A stretch of 64,000 nt of DNA from Antedon mediterranea (Eukaryota > Animalia > Echinodermata). The DNA lies in assembly GCF_964355755.1 (NCBI RefSeq), contig NC_092676.1:11633888-11697887 (forward strand). The letters run 5' to 3'. The notes below the pieces were generated by a model, which did no database searches, was not told the origin of the DNA, and saw only the letters and a program-made list of their open reading frames with translations. The number at the start of each line of letters is the position of its first letter. The stretch's first letter is position 1. Below, piece after piece: positions 40,215-53,590 of this stretch. A program made the position numbers and the translations under genes.

Positions 40215-43200
40215 TGTAGAGTTTGTAATTTCTTAAAACTATAGAGCGCCACCAACGGAATCAATCGCAAATATGATACAAACAAACAGGGCAAACTTGG
40301 TTGAGAGAAACAAAATATAACTTTAATCCTGATTATCTTGCTCTTAACATGCATACAATATCGCTGTCACTTCGTATCTCGAGGGAGGGATTCACTAAAT
40401 ATGAGAAAACAATAATTAAACATCAATCAATGGAAATTTGGGCAGCACCCATGCTTTAGCAACATCAACAAATTAATAATTCTTAGTCCTTTATCAATAC
40501 AATATACATTAAGTATAGCAATTTCCTTATACAGTATTATTATTCAAACAACATACAATAATCAAATGGACCCGTCACAACTAGGCCCTAATCTCTGCAC
40601 TAGCAAAACACAGTACTGTAAACAACAGTAACACGCCGTCGTAGGCTGTAATTTAGGGCTATTAGCTAGGCTTAAAAAATTCAACTAATAACATTAACAT
40701 TCAATAACAAGATAATATAATTATAACTCCAAAGCTCACCGAAGTTTTGTGGCTCAATAGAAAACCTTTACGAATCTACAATTTCTAAATAATATCTTTA
40801 CAAACTTGAAACTAAAGGGCAAGGCACTACCACGCTGCATACATGAAGGCCGCCATGATACTTCTCCAAGACAACCAGCCTAGCGCCCTCACTAGCTCAG
40901 TGCAATGGGAACGCTATACCGGCCCCTTAATTTAATACATTACAATTACTTAGCTCTAATGATTAAAACAATGATTATACAGATATAAACAGTTTAAACT
41001 TTGTCTATAATAACATTGTTAAATTTCGATTATAAAGTCCTCTTTGATCTGCATAATAGTTGCTTATTATTCAATTTGACCATCCTTGGGGGTAGACTGC
41101 CCCTCCGGTCATAGGCATATGGGTTTATTCTGCCCCTGATTCTTCAGTTGCCTTTACGAGTAGACACAATTTCGCAATAGGACGATTCAAGGTGGAAAAT
41201 TGAGTTTTTACTGTGCATGATCTAACAAGTCCATTGTTATCCCTTTTAGACTCCACTATCCGCCCAAGCAACCAACTGTTCCTAGGTAAACTGTTATCCA
41301 CTACCAGCACAATATCTCCAATTTCCAAGTTGCGTTTAGGATTAAACCACTTCTGACGCTCTTGCATAGTAGGCAGATATTCCTTCCTCCATCTCTGCCA
41401 AAAAAGATTACTAAAATATTGGACTTGACGCCAATAACGACGAGCATAAATATCACGTTTGTCAAATACACCAGGTGGTAATGGCAATTGTTCACGTTGT
41501 GTCAACAACATGGCTGGTGTCAATGGTCGAAAATCATTTGGATCGGTTGACAAGGTAGTTATTGGCCTATTGTTTACAATCCTTTCCACTTCGCAAAATA
41601 ATGTCTGGAGACCCTCATCATCCATTTTCAGGTTCTGTTCTTTAAGTACTCCTTTCATAACCCGACGCACAGTTCGTATCATGCGTTCCCAGACGCCACC
41701 AAAATGAGACGCTCCTGGAGGGTTGAATTCCCATTCAATATCTCTTTGCTGCAAGTACATATGTATGACTTGAGTGTTCCATTCTGAAATCTCCTTCTTT
41801 AACTCTTTGTCGGCTCCCACAAAATTTGTACCATTATCCGATCTAAGTTTCTTGATTTGGCCTCTTCGGGCAATAAATCTTCTCAAAGTATTATTGAACG
41901 AGCTTGTAGTTAATGAATATGCCATTTCTATGGGGAATGGCACGGGTAGATAAACATGTGAAGATAACACCATATCTCTTCACAAGACTACGACCTAATT
42001 TGATTTCAAATGGACCAAATAGATCAATACCCGTATTGTGGAACGGTGGATGATCGCTCACAATTCTATCTGGTGGCAGTGATGCCATCTTCTGTTCACT
42101 AGCTCTAGCTCGGTGCTTCTGACAAACTACACATCTGCTTATAACACTTCTGATCAAGGAACTTGCTCCAATGATCCAATACCTTTGCCAAAGTTGTGAT
42201 AAAATAGCACTTCTACCAAGGTGTCCAACCTCTTTGTGTATTTCCACTATGATTAATCTTGCAATAAGAGAATTCTTGTGTACTACTACTGGATGCTTTA
42301 TCTTGTCGGGAAGAGACGCCTTGTTCAGTCTTCCTCCCACTGTAATCATTCCATTTAACAACAACGGATCAAGTTTCTTAAGAGGGCTATTTCTCATCAC
42401 CCGTCCAATAGATTCGTCATTAACATTCTTAAGTACCTCTAACTCCTGTTTAAAATGAACTCTCTGTTCGTGTGCAAGAATTATACATTCCGCTGATCTC
42501 AGGTGTTGCAACCTAACATTGCCTAGTTGCTTACTGGTGACCCTTTGCATAGTTTCTCAACAGCAACCAGTAACCATGCCACAATTCTTTTAATTTTTCC
42601 ATAAGATGAATGCTTAGTAATTAGATCATCTAAGAAACAACATGAAGTACAAGCTGGAACTAATACATTTGATACCCCTTTGATTTCTGGGTCATCCTCG
42701 GTGATAAGAGGTAAGGACTTGGCTTGTAAGTCTATCCACTGCTCACATTTATCTGTGAGGAATTCTGGTCCGTTACGCCATCTAGTGTTACTTAGAAATT
42801 CCTCAATCCCGAATTCCCGAAACCTCATTAACACACCAATTAGACTATTGGTTAGGTCCGGCCCCTGTAGAAGGACATCGTTCAGAGATACACCGTTACA
42901 TTTTGCCGCACAGTCGAAGACCACTCTGATCTTTCCTGGCTTTCGTTCGTTAGATATAGGATGATGGGGTATGTACCATATCCTTTTCCCTTCAGGTGTG
43001 TTTGACTTAATAACTTCTTCCATGTATCCTTTCTCTACCATTTGATTTACAGCTTTGTTATACATCTTTCTTAATTCAAGATCACGTTCAAATCTCCTTT
43101 CCAATGAATTAAAACGTTTCATAGCCAAACATCTATTATCTGGCAAGACTGTACCCTGGCTTCGCCATGGTAGAGGTAACACATAATGTCCGTCCACTAA

Positions 43201-44323
43201 ACTGCTCGCACCATCCATCATTTCCATGAACGATCTGTCTTCCACGGACAATCCTACGAACTCTGTTGCTCTATCTGGGAAATCAATATTAACAGAATCT
43301 TTTACCATGTTGTTAAACTGTTCATATTCTTGAATGGCTTGCAACTGAACTCTGCTTACAGGTTTCATATTAGCTGTCACCCCCTGTCTTACTATGCTCC
43401 ATGGGATCCAGCCCAATGCTGTTTTCGATGCATAAGGTGACCCCGGTGGGCCTGTCACCACTTCCAGGGGAGTATATGCCTCGGCGACAGCATTGCCCAG
43501 CATCAAACCAATTTCCCCGTCAACTTCAGGAACAACCACTCGTCCCCGTAGATGATCCCATCTGTTCACATCATCTTGTGTTGGAATATGCTCCTTAGTG
43601 ACAGGCAACGTATTCTTTGAATAAATATTTGGTAGTCTAAACTCGTTGTCGCCGTTCAAATTGCTAATAACAATATTTGAGATTATATGAGTCTTTAAAA
43701 CCTGAGTCGTTCCCATGGTGTCGAGTATAATCTGCGCCTTTCGTCCTCCAAGTCCCAGTTCATTTCGCAAACGGTCAGTGCAGAATGATACACTGAACCC
43801 TGGATCAAGGAACACATAAGTCGTTACAGCCCGGCCGTTCTTTTGGGCAGCACCCATGCTTTAGCAACATCAACAAATTAATAATTCCAAGTCCTTTATC
43901 AATACAATATACATTAAGTATAGCAATTTCCTTATACAGTATTATTATTCAAACAACATACAATAATCAAATGGACCCGTCACAACTAGGCCCTAATCTC
44001 TGCACTAGCAAAACACAGTACTGTAAACAACAGTAACACGCCGTCGTAGGCTGTAATTTAGGGCTATTAGCTAGGCTTACAAAATTCAACTAATAACATT
44101 AACATTCAATAACAAGATAATATAATTATAACTCCAAAGCTCACCGAAGTTTTGTGGCTCAATAGAAAACCTTTACGAATCTACAATTTCTAAATAATAT
44201 CTTTACAAACTTGAAACTAAAGGGTAAGGCACAACCACGCTGCATACATGAAGGCCGCCATGATACTTCTCCAAGACAACCAGCCTAGCGCCCTCACTAG
44301 CTCAGTTCAATGGGAACGCTATA
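40215..44323 (-). mobile_element. BEL/Pao LTR retrotransposon, internally deleted
   Basis: 3' LTR 40215-40918, partial 5' LTR 43842-44323, PPT AGGGGCCGG, 5-bp TSD GCATG; FLDPG protease, KIRVVFD/SLNDVLLQGPDL, integrase H..H..C..C, GIDLFGP, SDNGTNF, GGVWERMIR. Confidence 0.95.
41125..43857 (-). pseudogene. BEL/Pao pol remnant (protease, partial RT, integrase)
   Basis: Three overlapping ORFs with frameshifts at ~42535 and ~41935; RT catalytic core and RNase H are missing. Confidence 0.92.
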
Positions 44324-44513
44324 GCATGTATGAAAGCACTTTGATTATTTCTTAGAATGGGTCCTAATAGAATATCAAGCACAACCAATGGATTATAACC
44401 AAGCCTATCTAAGCCTATAAAAGTGTAAATTGATTATACAAAATAGAATATTTAGAGTGTACAGTAAATTGCATGTTTCAACTAGTATGTTTGGATTGCC
44501 GTATGTCTGCATG

Positions 44514-45650
44514 TAGCCTGGGCGCAGAATAATTATTATACACATTTGCGGGAAAAAAGTATAGAAACATTTTTTTTTGGTTTTTCTAATAGAGTATACC
44601 ATATGGAATGTCAGAAAAAAAATCCCCAAATTTTGTATGGCACTTTTAAATGTTGGCCTATATAACACACACAAATTCCTATTAACATACACAAATACCT
44701 ATAAATAGGGGATAGGGAAAATCAATTAACAGTTTTTGTTACTTGCAGTTGTGTTTTAATGATTAAAATTAGTAGAAGCTTACATTAATAACTACTTCTC
44801 ATAGTAGTTGATGAATCAAGTCGATACAATGACATCATCATGCCAGAATCCAATATGGTGTCCAATTTGGCGGGAAAAACAGGGTATTGCTAAACCCCCG
44901 CAAACCCCTGGAAACCTAAAAAAAAAACATAGAAAACCCCACTGAACCGACATAAAAGTGATTGAATCATGGAGTGTACGAACCACTGGGTATGTCCATC
45001 TAAAAAAAAAATTAAAATTTCTACTGTTAACTACTTATTTTTGGGATAAAACATCATTTTTTGGTTAAAAATTAGCAATCATTTTTTTACCAAAAAAATG
45101 ATGTTTTACCCCAAAAATAAGTAGTTAACAGTAGAAATTTTATTTTTTAAAAACATGGATATGTAACCCAGTGGGTCGTACACTACATGATTCAATCACT
45201 TTTATGTTGGTTTGGTGGGGTTTGCTATGTTTTTTTGGAGGTTTGCAAGGGTTTGCAAGGGTATAGCAATACCCTGTTTTTTCCGCCAAATTGGACGCCA
45301 TATTGGATTCTGGCATGATGATGTCATTGTTATCGACTCAATTTATCAACTACTATGAGAAGTAGTTATTAAAGTAAGCCTAAGCAAATTTTAATCAACA
45401 TAACACAACTCCAAGGAAAAAAAACGTGAATTGGTTTTCCCTATCCCCTGTATGTGGGTATTTGAGTGTGTTATAGGCATTTGTGTGTGTTATATAGGCC
45501 AAAATTTAAAAGTGCCGTAAAAAATTTTCCCCAAGATCCTGGGATGGAGATTATTTTTTCGGACATTCTATATGGTATACTCTATCAGAAAAAAAAGAAA
45601 AATATTTTCCTATACTTTTTTCCCGCAAAATTTGTACTGCACCCAGGCTA
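44514..45650. mobile_element. Academ-like non-autonomous palindromic element
   Basis: TAGCCTGGG...CCCAGGCTA ends, 3-bp TSD ATG; arms are inverted over ~550 bp. Confidence 0.8.
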
Positions 45651-45719
45651 ATGACATATGATACATATGTTTTAATAATTGCATCAATAATATTAGGTTT
45701 TTAAAAATATACTTTTATT

Positions 45720-46176
45720 GGCGCTAGTTTCGTTTCGCACCTGTATTTCTTTTGACTTCTTTCGACTTCAAATTTGGTAAGATAACTTATCATGAATTGT
45801 CATACATTAGAAGAATGACATAAAAAGTCCTTTGATTTTACAGATGTGTTTCTCGCATACTGTTCACGAATTCCGCATATTCGAATTGCACAATTTTCGT
45901 TTTCTATGGAGCGCCAAAAAAAAAATTGTAATATATTATAGTACTGGCGCTCCATAGAAACGACTATATTGAACATGGAGTGTGCGAAATTCAAGAACGG
46001 TGTACGAGAAACACGCCTGTAAATTCCTTAATTTAAAGGATTTTTCTGATAACTTTTATGTGATTCCCCTTCGTAAAATTTCTAACGAGCCCTAATTCTA
46101 AGGTGTGGTATTCACGATAAAGTTACTTAACAAATTTGGAGTCGAAATAAGACAGATGCGAAACGGAACTAGCACC
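45720..46176. mobile_element. Merlin-like MITE, copy 1
   Basis: GGCGCTAGTTYCGTTTCGCA TIR; 8-bp TSD CTTTTATT. Confidence 0.8.
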
Positions 46177-46710
46177 CTTTTATTTATGAAAATGTACAGT
46201 TTTGAATAATATTTAGGTCACTTACAGAATATGGCGCTAGTTCCGTTTCGCACCTGTTTTTATTTCGACTTTTATTTCGCTCGCGTACCATCTAGGTCGT
46301 TCCCACAGATGGTTCTCGAATACATAATAATTTCAGCGTTAAAAAACTGGCGTTTTCAAATGTACAATAATGCATGTCGTTTACAGGAACGAATAAATAG
46401 ACACTGTGATGTATGTACTGAACTAAAATTAGCACCCTGGGAATTACTTCCGAAAGAGAAACTTGTCACAAAATGAGACCAATTGTTTAAGTCAAATTTA
46501 AACAAACTTAATTTGTGTTTTGTATATAACATTATAGTGTTGAGGGATGGGAAAGAGGATGGGTGCAAAGAGGAACAATTTTTAAATATATTCTTTATCC
46601 ATGTAGTAACGAAATATTAATTGTTTTCATGTTTTACAAATAATATACCACTAAACACAGTAAAACATTGCGATGTAATACTTTGTTGAAACTATCACCG
46701 TGCTAGTCGA

Positions 46711-47271
46711 TTGAAATAGTACAGTACATGTAACGATACATCACTACCACGTGTATATGTTTATATAATGTAGAACAATTTGTGAAAACCACCTCTATTC
46801 GGGGCAAATCATAAATTCGATTTAATCGTCAATAAATATTAAATTATCGAACTCAACTTAATTAGTAGGCCTAATGGTTTTCAATTGTTTCTTAGAGCCA
46901 ATTCATACTTAAGTTGGTTCCTACCCTACCCACCAAAGTTGTTCTGCGTTTAGGGCATGTGATGCACCGTAAGCCTATCCTCTACTGGTTTTGAAATAGT
47001 ACAGTACATGTAACGATACATCACTACCACGTGTATATGTTTATATAATGTAGAACAATTTGTGAAAACCACCTCTATTCGGGGCAAATCACAAATTCGA
47101 TTTAATCGTCAATAAATATTAAATTATCGAACTCAACTTAATTAGTAGGCTTAATGGTTTTCAATTGTTTCTTAGAGCCAATTCATACTTAAGTTGGTTC
47201 CTACCCTACCCACCAAAGTTGTTTTGCGTTAAGGGCATGTGATGCACCGTAAGCCTATCCTCTACTGGTTT
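46711..47271. repeat. ~280-bp tandem duplication
   Basis: TTGAAATAGTACAGTACATG... occurs at 46711 and 46991, near identical. Confidence 0.9.
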
Positions 47272-47506
47272 TACAACGCTACTCATGCCAGTGAGGAAAG
47301 GGTGATGATCGTGGGTGGTTTAAATGCAATAATAAAGATTTGTACATAATATACGGCGACTGAAAACGCTAGCTTATTATCTGTTTAAAAAAAATTATAT
47401 CCAACCTCTGCAGCACAGATTGAAAAAAAATGGATTGAATTTCTGTTACAGTACTTGCCTTTACGACGCCTGAGGGAATAGACACTTGTGGAACAGAGAT
47501 TGGAAT

Positions 47507-49112
47507 CTTGAAAGAATTTCATTTAGCTTCGATTTTGTATAGATGACAAATTTCGTTTTTGTAAAAGCACAAGTTAACGGAGTACTTACTCGAACGTTTC
47601 GATCTCTATCAGAGATCCTTCTCAACTGACTGCGGAGTGTTAATGCAGCTTGGTCATTCTTGACGTCATCTGTTGATGACGTCGTACGCCTCCGGTTGTA
47701 GGTTGGAGGTTGTGCGGGGCTCGGCCAGGTGATGTGTCTATCAAATCATTGTACAAATGCGTTTTAAAATGGTTTAATTGTGAACAAAACCTATTTCTCG
47801 TTCAATGGTAACATTTATAGGCAAATACAAGGCATTGCTATGTGAAGCCCAATAAGTCCTATATTGGCGAACTTGTATCTAGAGTGGCTCGAACATCAAG
47901 CCATAAACACGGCACCCACTAACATCAAGCCTGTGTATTGGAAACGATACGTTGATGATGTATTAGCTATCATCCCCATAGGTACAGTACATACATTTAA
48001 CACACATCTTAATAACATCGATAATGTCAATATTGACAATATCAAGTTCACCACAGAATCGATGACAAACAACACAATACCTTTCCTGGACATGCTCATC
48101 ACACTCAATGACAATGGAACAGTTACCACCTCAGTTTATCGGAAGCCCACTCACACAGACCAATATTTACATTTCAACTCACATCATCCACTCGAACACA
48201 AACTGGGGCTTTATAAACACGCTTGTGGACAGAGCTGAGAAGGTAGTGGGAGATATAGATTTGAGGAAAGTTGAGATGGATAACATCAAGAAAGCGTTAC
48301 ACAACTGCCAGTATCCAGAGTGGTCCTTCCAGAGAGTTATGGAAAACCGAAAAAGAAAAAAGAACAAAGGACACGAACCACAGAAGGAAAAGATCAAGAT
48401 GCGAGGTAGCATAGGAATCCCTTACGTAAAAGGAATGGCAGAAAGAATACGACGCACTCTCTCCTATCACAATGTCGGAACCTATTTCCTACCCCAAAAT
48501 AAAATCAAGAATAGCCTCGTCCACCCAAAAGATAAAATCGAGAAGATGGATACATGTGGAGTAATCTACGAAGTCACCTGCCGCAACTGTCCACAAGTTT
48601 ACATTGGGGAAACAGGAAGGGCATTACAAACACGAATTAATGATCACAAAAAAGATTTTACAACAAACACGGGGGGAGTAATGACTAGGGCCTCCAGAAC
48701 ATCCACATCTTCGATCATACACAAATCTGCCATTACAGAACATGTCATAAAACACAATCATGTACCAAACTGGGAGGCTACCATCTTAACCAAAGAGCCT
48801 AAACGCAAAAACAGACAGATTAGAGAATCATTACATATAAGGAGAAATAAGGAGAAGACCATGAACCGGGACACTGGAGCCCACGAACTCTCGCATTTGT
48901 ACAATGATTTGATAGACACATCACCTGGCCGAGCCCCGCACAACCTCCAACCTACAACCGGAGGCGTACGACGTCATCAACAGATGACGTCAAGAATGAC
49001 CAAGCTGCATTAACACTCCGCAGTCAGTTGAGAAGGATCTCTGATAGAGATCGAAACGTTCGAGTAAGTACTCCGTTAACTTGTGCTTTTACAAAAACGA
49101 AATTTGTCATCT
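47507..49112 (+). mobile_element. Penelope-like retroelement (RT C-half and GIY-YIG) with inverted terminal pLTR
   Basis: WKRYVDD, PFLDM, VYRKPTHTDQYL, GVIYEVTC..YIGETGR; 47540-47760 is the reverse complement of 48893-49113; TSD AGAGATTGGAAT. Confidence 0.92.
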
Positions 49113-50813
49113 AGAGATTGGAATGTTCCATTCATCGCAAATCAATACATTTGTATAAACGTATATTAAATCTATGAAAATAGTATTTTTTAAAGAAAAT
49201 CGGCCTGTCTTCAACATTATGATGCTGTACTCGAGCTGTTCAACCGGTTTTCAGCCATTAAAAACAATTATCGTAGGAGGAGATAGGAAAATGCGAAGCA
49301 TCCTCGTATTATTGTTGTCTGCGGGTATTTTTCAAGACGGACATCCATTAGACAGTGTATACCACGATCGAAAAACACCCCTATTTGGGGCAAATCGTTG
49401 AACCTAAATTCGTTTTAATCGTCAATAACTAATTATCGAACTCAATTTAATTAGTAAACAGGGTTACATCAGGTGGTTAAAATCAGTACCGAAAGTATGA
49501 ACCAACTTTATATACCATTGAGTAAACATTCTAGAAATAACGCGCGATTTACCGAATTTTGCCCTTACGTAAATTTATATATAGAAGCAGCTTATTGTGA
49601 ATACTACACCTTAACATTGGGCCTCATAAGTACTTTTATGAAGAAGAATCACATAAAAAGTAACAAATAAATCCTTAAATTGATGATTTTACAGACATGT
49701 TTCTCGCATACCGTTCGCGAATTTAGCATACTCGAAGTTCAATATTTTCGTTTCTATGGAGCGCCAAAGGAGCAACAACAATAGATGGTTAAAAACTTAA
49801 TGCATTTATTATTGAAATACACGTTTAATTTTAATATTATTTTGTCAATAAAAGTGCTGTAACATTTTACTGCTAATAATTTGCTTTTTTCAAATAGCAA
49901 CCAACCCTAGGCCTAAGAGTAAGACTAAGACTAAGAGGAATATTATTTAGATCAGATATACCGCTACAGTACATGTAATATGATGATGAATTTGTCGATT
50001 TTCATTCCTAAAAGTTCCTGCAAAAACCATGTACAGTATCAATAGTAATATTTTTGTTGCATTGACATTGACAAAATATGATAAAATTGAACGTAATTTT
50101 TACCAATAAATGCATTAAATATACGCAATTTACTGAGTTTTTAGCCCTCTATTATGATTGCTCTTTTGGCGCTCCATAGAAACAACAACATTGAACATGG
50201 AGTATGCGAAATTCACGAACCGATGTGCGAGAAACACGTCTGTAAATTCATCAATTTAAAGGATTTGTTTTTTACTTTTTGTGTGACCTCCTTCGTAAAA
50301 GTGTTTTTGAGGCCTAATTCTAAGGTGTGGTACTCACGATAAAGTTACTTAACCAATTTTGAGTCGAAATAAACGACAGGTGCGAAACGGAACTAGCGCC
50401 CAGAATATAGGCCTAGTAGTTATATATATGGCCTACTGGTGGGCTTGTTATTAAGGAGGACCCACTATAATTTAGTATTGTAGAGATTGTCTTTAGTAGT
50501 TAAATGTTCAAATTCAGAGTTGAATTATTGATTGTTAGTTAAGTGTTACCAGCTAACTAGGCCTACAAAACAAAGCATTTAGGCCTTAGACTAAGAAAAC
50601 AGGCCTATCTATACAGTATGCGATCAAGGCACACGTACGACGCGAGCTACTTGTTTATTAAGCCTTTCCTATTAGTATTAGGCCCTACCGGTAATTGTTT
50701 TTCAATAATGAAGAAAAACAATTACAAATTTGAAATTACGTTGTGCCGAGATACGGTATCGGATCTCCTGCCTGCAAAGGTAAATGGCATTATAAATAAT
50801 GAATAATATTTAC

Positions 50814-51079
50814 CTGTTAAAGTATTGCTTCCTCTGATTCGTTTTTATCAACAGACTGAGACACCTCTCAGCCTCAGCAGCAGTAGCCACGTAATGTCTG
50901 ATTATCAGTCCGCTTTTCTGGCATGGCTTTTCTAAATGGATTCCCTTCTCAATTACACTTCCTGCTTCGTGTTCCTTCAACCATGGAGGAAATATTCCTC
51001 CATGCTTTAACTTTGTTTCAATTCGAGAATCTTCGGATATAACTTTTAGTTGTGATATTTGTTTACGCGCGATCTCCAT
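50814..51079 (-). CDS. Putative first coding exon of an unknown gene inside the EnSpm element
   Basis: ATG-initiated open frame of ~88 codons of ordinary complexity, ending at a CAG|GTAAAT donor. Confidence 0.4.
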
Positions 51080-51093
51080 CTACTAATAGATAA

Positions 51094-51504
51094 AGCTTGT
51101 TTTCCTGTCGACGCCATCATCGTTAATCGTTAAAAGTTCAACGACGATCGTTAGAAAACGATCAAGTTGAAATGATAACGATAGTGAGTACCTTTTCTTG
51201 TAAATCGTTAACATTTCAATGTTTACGTGGAAGATCGCCGGTTATTTTAACGATAGCGTCGAATAACGTCGACAGGAAAACAGGCTTAAACCAGGGAGTT
51301 GTTTTGTTGTTGTTATAATAACAACTCCCTGCGTAAACATTGAAATGTTAATTAGGTACTCGCTATCGTTATCATTTCATTTCAACTTGATCGTTTTCAA
51401 ACGATCGTCGTTGAACTTTTTAGCCTGTTTTCCTGTCGACGCTATCATCGTTAATCGTTACGATCAACGACGATGCGTCGAATAACATCGACAGGAAACA
51501 AGCT
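51094..51504. mobile_element. Cluster of Harbinger-like MITEs (51094-51286, 51422-51504) and an inverted fragment
   Basis: TIR AGCYTGTTTTCCTGTCGA; TAA TSD on the first copy. Confidence 0.75.
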
Positions 51505-52089
51505 TAATGCGCGCGTGTTTAGATTTTACTGTATAACTAGGCCTATTTTTTATTTTGTTGTGTTTTAGGTAAAAGCATGTTTTTATACCAATGTTCATCA
51601 TAGCAAAAAAAATGATGGGATAACCCGACCACTGGTAACCAATCCACTCTAAATTCACCTTATTCTAGTGATTTAATAGAAAACAAATTAAGGAATAACA
51701 AAAATGAAAAGATATTGAATTCAATATGCCGGATTGAATTAGTTGTTTCACAATTCGATCAATGCTGTAAAGATAAACAATTTACGTCGTAGATTTTTAG
51801 TCTTGTATCCTTTTTAGACCTATTGTATTTAGTATGGGACATTAACGAAAAAGATTGTCCCAAATCAAGACCCTTTTAAACATAGTTTATAAAATACTTA
51901 AAGTGAATGTTTAAAGTTAAGTTGGGTTTTTCTTATGATTCATTAAACAATTTCTCGAGAGGAGGGTGAACCTCCATTCTGTACCAATTTTTATACAACG
52001 TTAAAGATATGAAACGAGTTTGAACAATTAAATAAATTAGTGTGTATTATGAATCTGTCTAATGTAAATAACCAACACATCAATCTGTC

Positions 52090-53590
52090 TAAACGTTGAT
52101 ACGATGGTGAAGTATAACTAAAATTCAATTTTCAAATCCAACGTTGTATCACGTCATATAAAAACTATTTATGACGTTCAAATAACGTTAAAAACTTCCG
52201 TTGATTCACTTTTTAATTTCAACAACAATCCAACGTCGTACCAATGTCATTTATAGGCTATACGTCGTTGATTCAACTTTAAAATCCAACTAAAATCCAA
52301 TATTGTATCGACGTTGTGACTAGACGTTGATATAACGTTGATTTTCGACGTTGATGTAACCTTGTTATCCGACGTTGATACAACGTCAACAAGTGGACGT
52401 CGATTCACCTTTCAAATCCAACGTATTATTAACGTCGTGTCTGGACGTTGATATAACGTTGATTTCCGACGTTGACATAACCAATTACCGACGTCGGGAC
52501 AGGACGTGGATGTAACGTCAATTTCTGACGTTTACACAACGTCAAAATATGACGTCGATTCACCTATCAAATCCAACTACAATCCAACCTATTACCGACG
52601 TCGAGGCAGGACGTCGATATAACGTTGATTTCCGACGTTGTCATAACGTCAAAATATGACGTCGATTCACCTTTCAAATCCAACTACAATCCAACCTATT
52701 ACCGACGTTGGGACAGGACGTCGATATAACGTAGATTTCTGACGTTTACACAACGTCAAAATATGACGTCGATTCACCTTTCAAATCCAACTACAATCCA
52801 ACCTATTACCGACGTCGAGGCAGGACGTCGATATAACGTTGATTTCCGACGTTGTCTTAACGTCAAAATATGACGTCGATTCACCTTTCAAATCCAACTA
52901 CAATCCAACCTATTACCGACGTCGGGGCAGAACGTCGATGTAACGTCGATTTCTGACGTTGATACAACGTCAAAGTAAGACGTCGATTCACCTTTCAAAT
53001 CCAACTACAATCCAACCTATTACCGACGTCGAGACAGGACGTCGATATAACGTTGATTTCCGACGTTGTCTTAACGTCAAAATATGACGTCGATTCACCT
53101 TTCAAATCCAACTACAATCCAACCTATTACCGACGTCAGGGCAGGACGTCGATGTAACGTCGATTTCTGACGTTGATACAACGTCAAAGTAAGACGTCGA
53201 TTCACCTTTCAAATCCAACTACAATCCAACCTATTACCGACGTCGAGGCAGGACGTTCATATAACGTCGCTTTCTGACGTTGACACAACGTCAAAGTATG
53301 ACGTCGATTCACCTTTCAAATCCAACTAAAATCCAATGTATCGCCGACATCGATTTACCGTTGATTTCTGACGTTGACACAACGTCAAAGTATGACGTCG
53401 ATTCACATTTCAAATCCGACTACAATCCAACGTTGTCTCGACGTCATAATTGGACGTCAATATAACGTTGACATCCGATGTTGATACAACGTTGGCATAA
53501 TGACGTCGATCCACCTTTCATATCCAGCGTCTATTCAACGGCGTGTCGACGTCAGGGTTCAACGTTGATTCAACGTCAATCCAACGTGTT
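52090..53590. repeat. Right subterminal array of the EnSpm element, 107-bp unit
   Basis: CCAACTACAATCC recurs at 52573, 52680, 52787 and onward; rich in GACGTC/AACGTT. Confidence 0.95.

Larger units (their letters stand above)
39600..44332. mobile_element. hAT-like MITE whose right TIR is split by the BEL insertion
   Basis: CATACATGCCAACA at 39600; TGTTGGCATG|BEL|GCATGTATG rebuilds its reverse complement; no clear TSD. Confidence 0.6.
46233..50400. mobile_element. Merlin-like MITE, copy 2, with ~3.3 kb nested insert
   Basis: Same TIR as copy 1; perfect 8-bp TSD CAGAATAT. Confidence 0.8.

Noticed and set aside
41083-41110. Alternative PPT/LTR start for the BEL element
   Set aside because: LTR identity and the TSD place the boundary at 40918.
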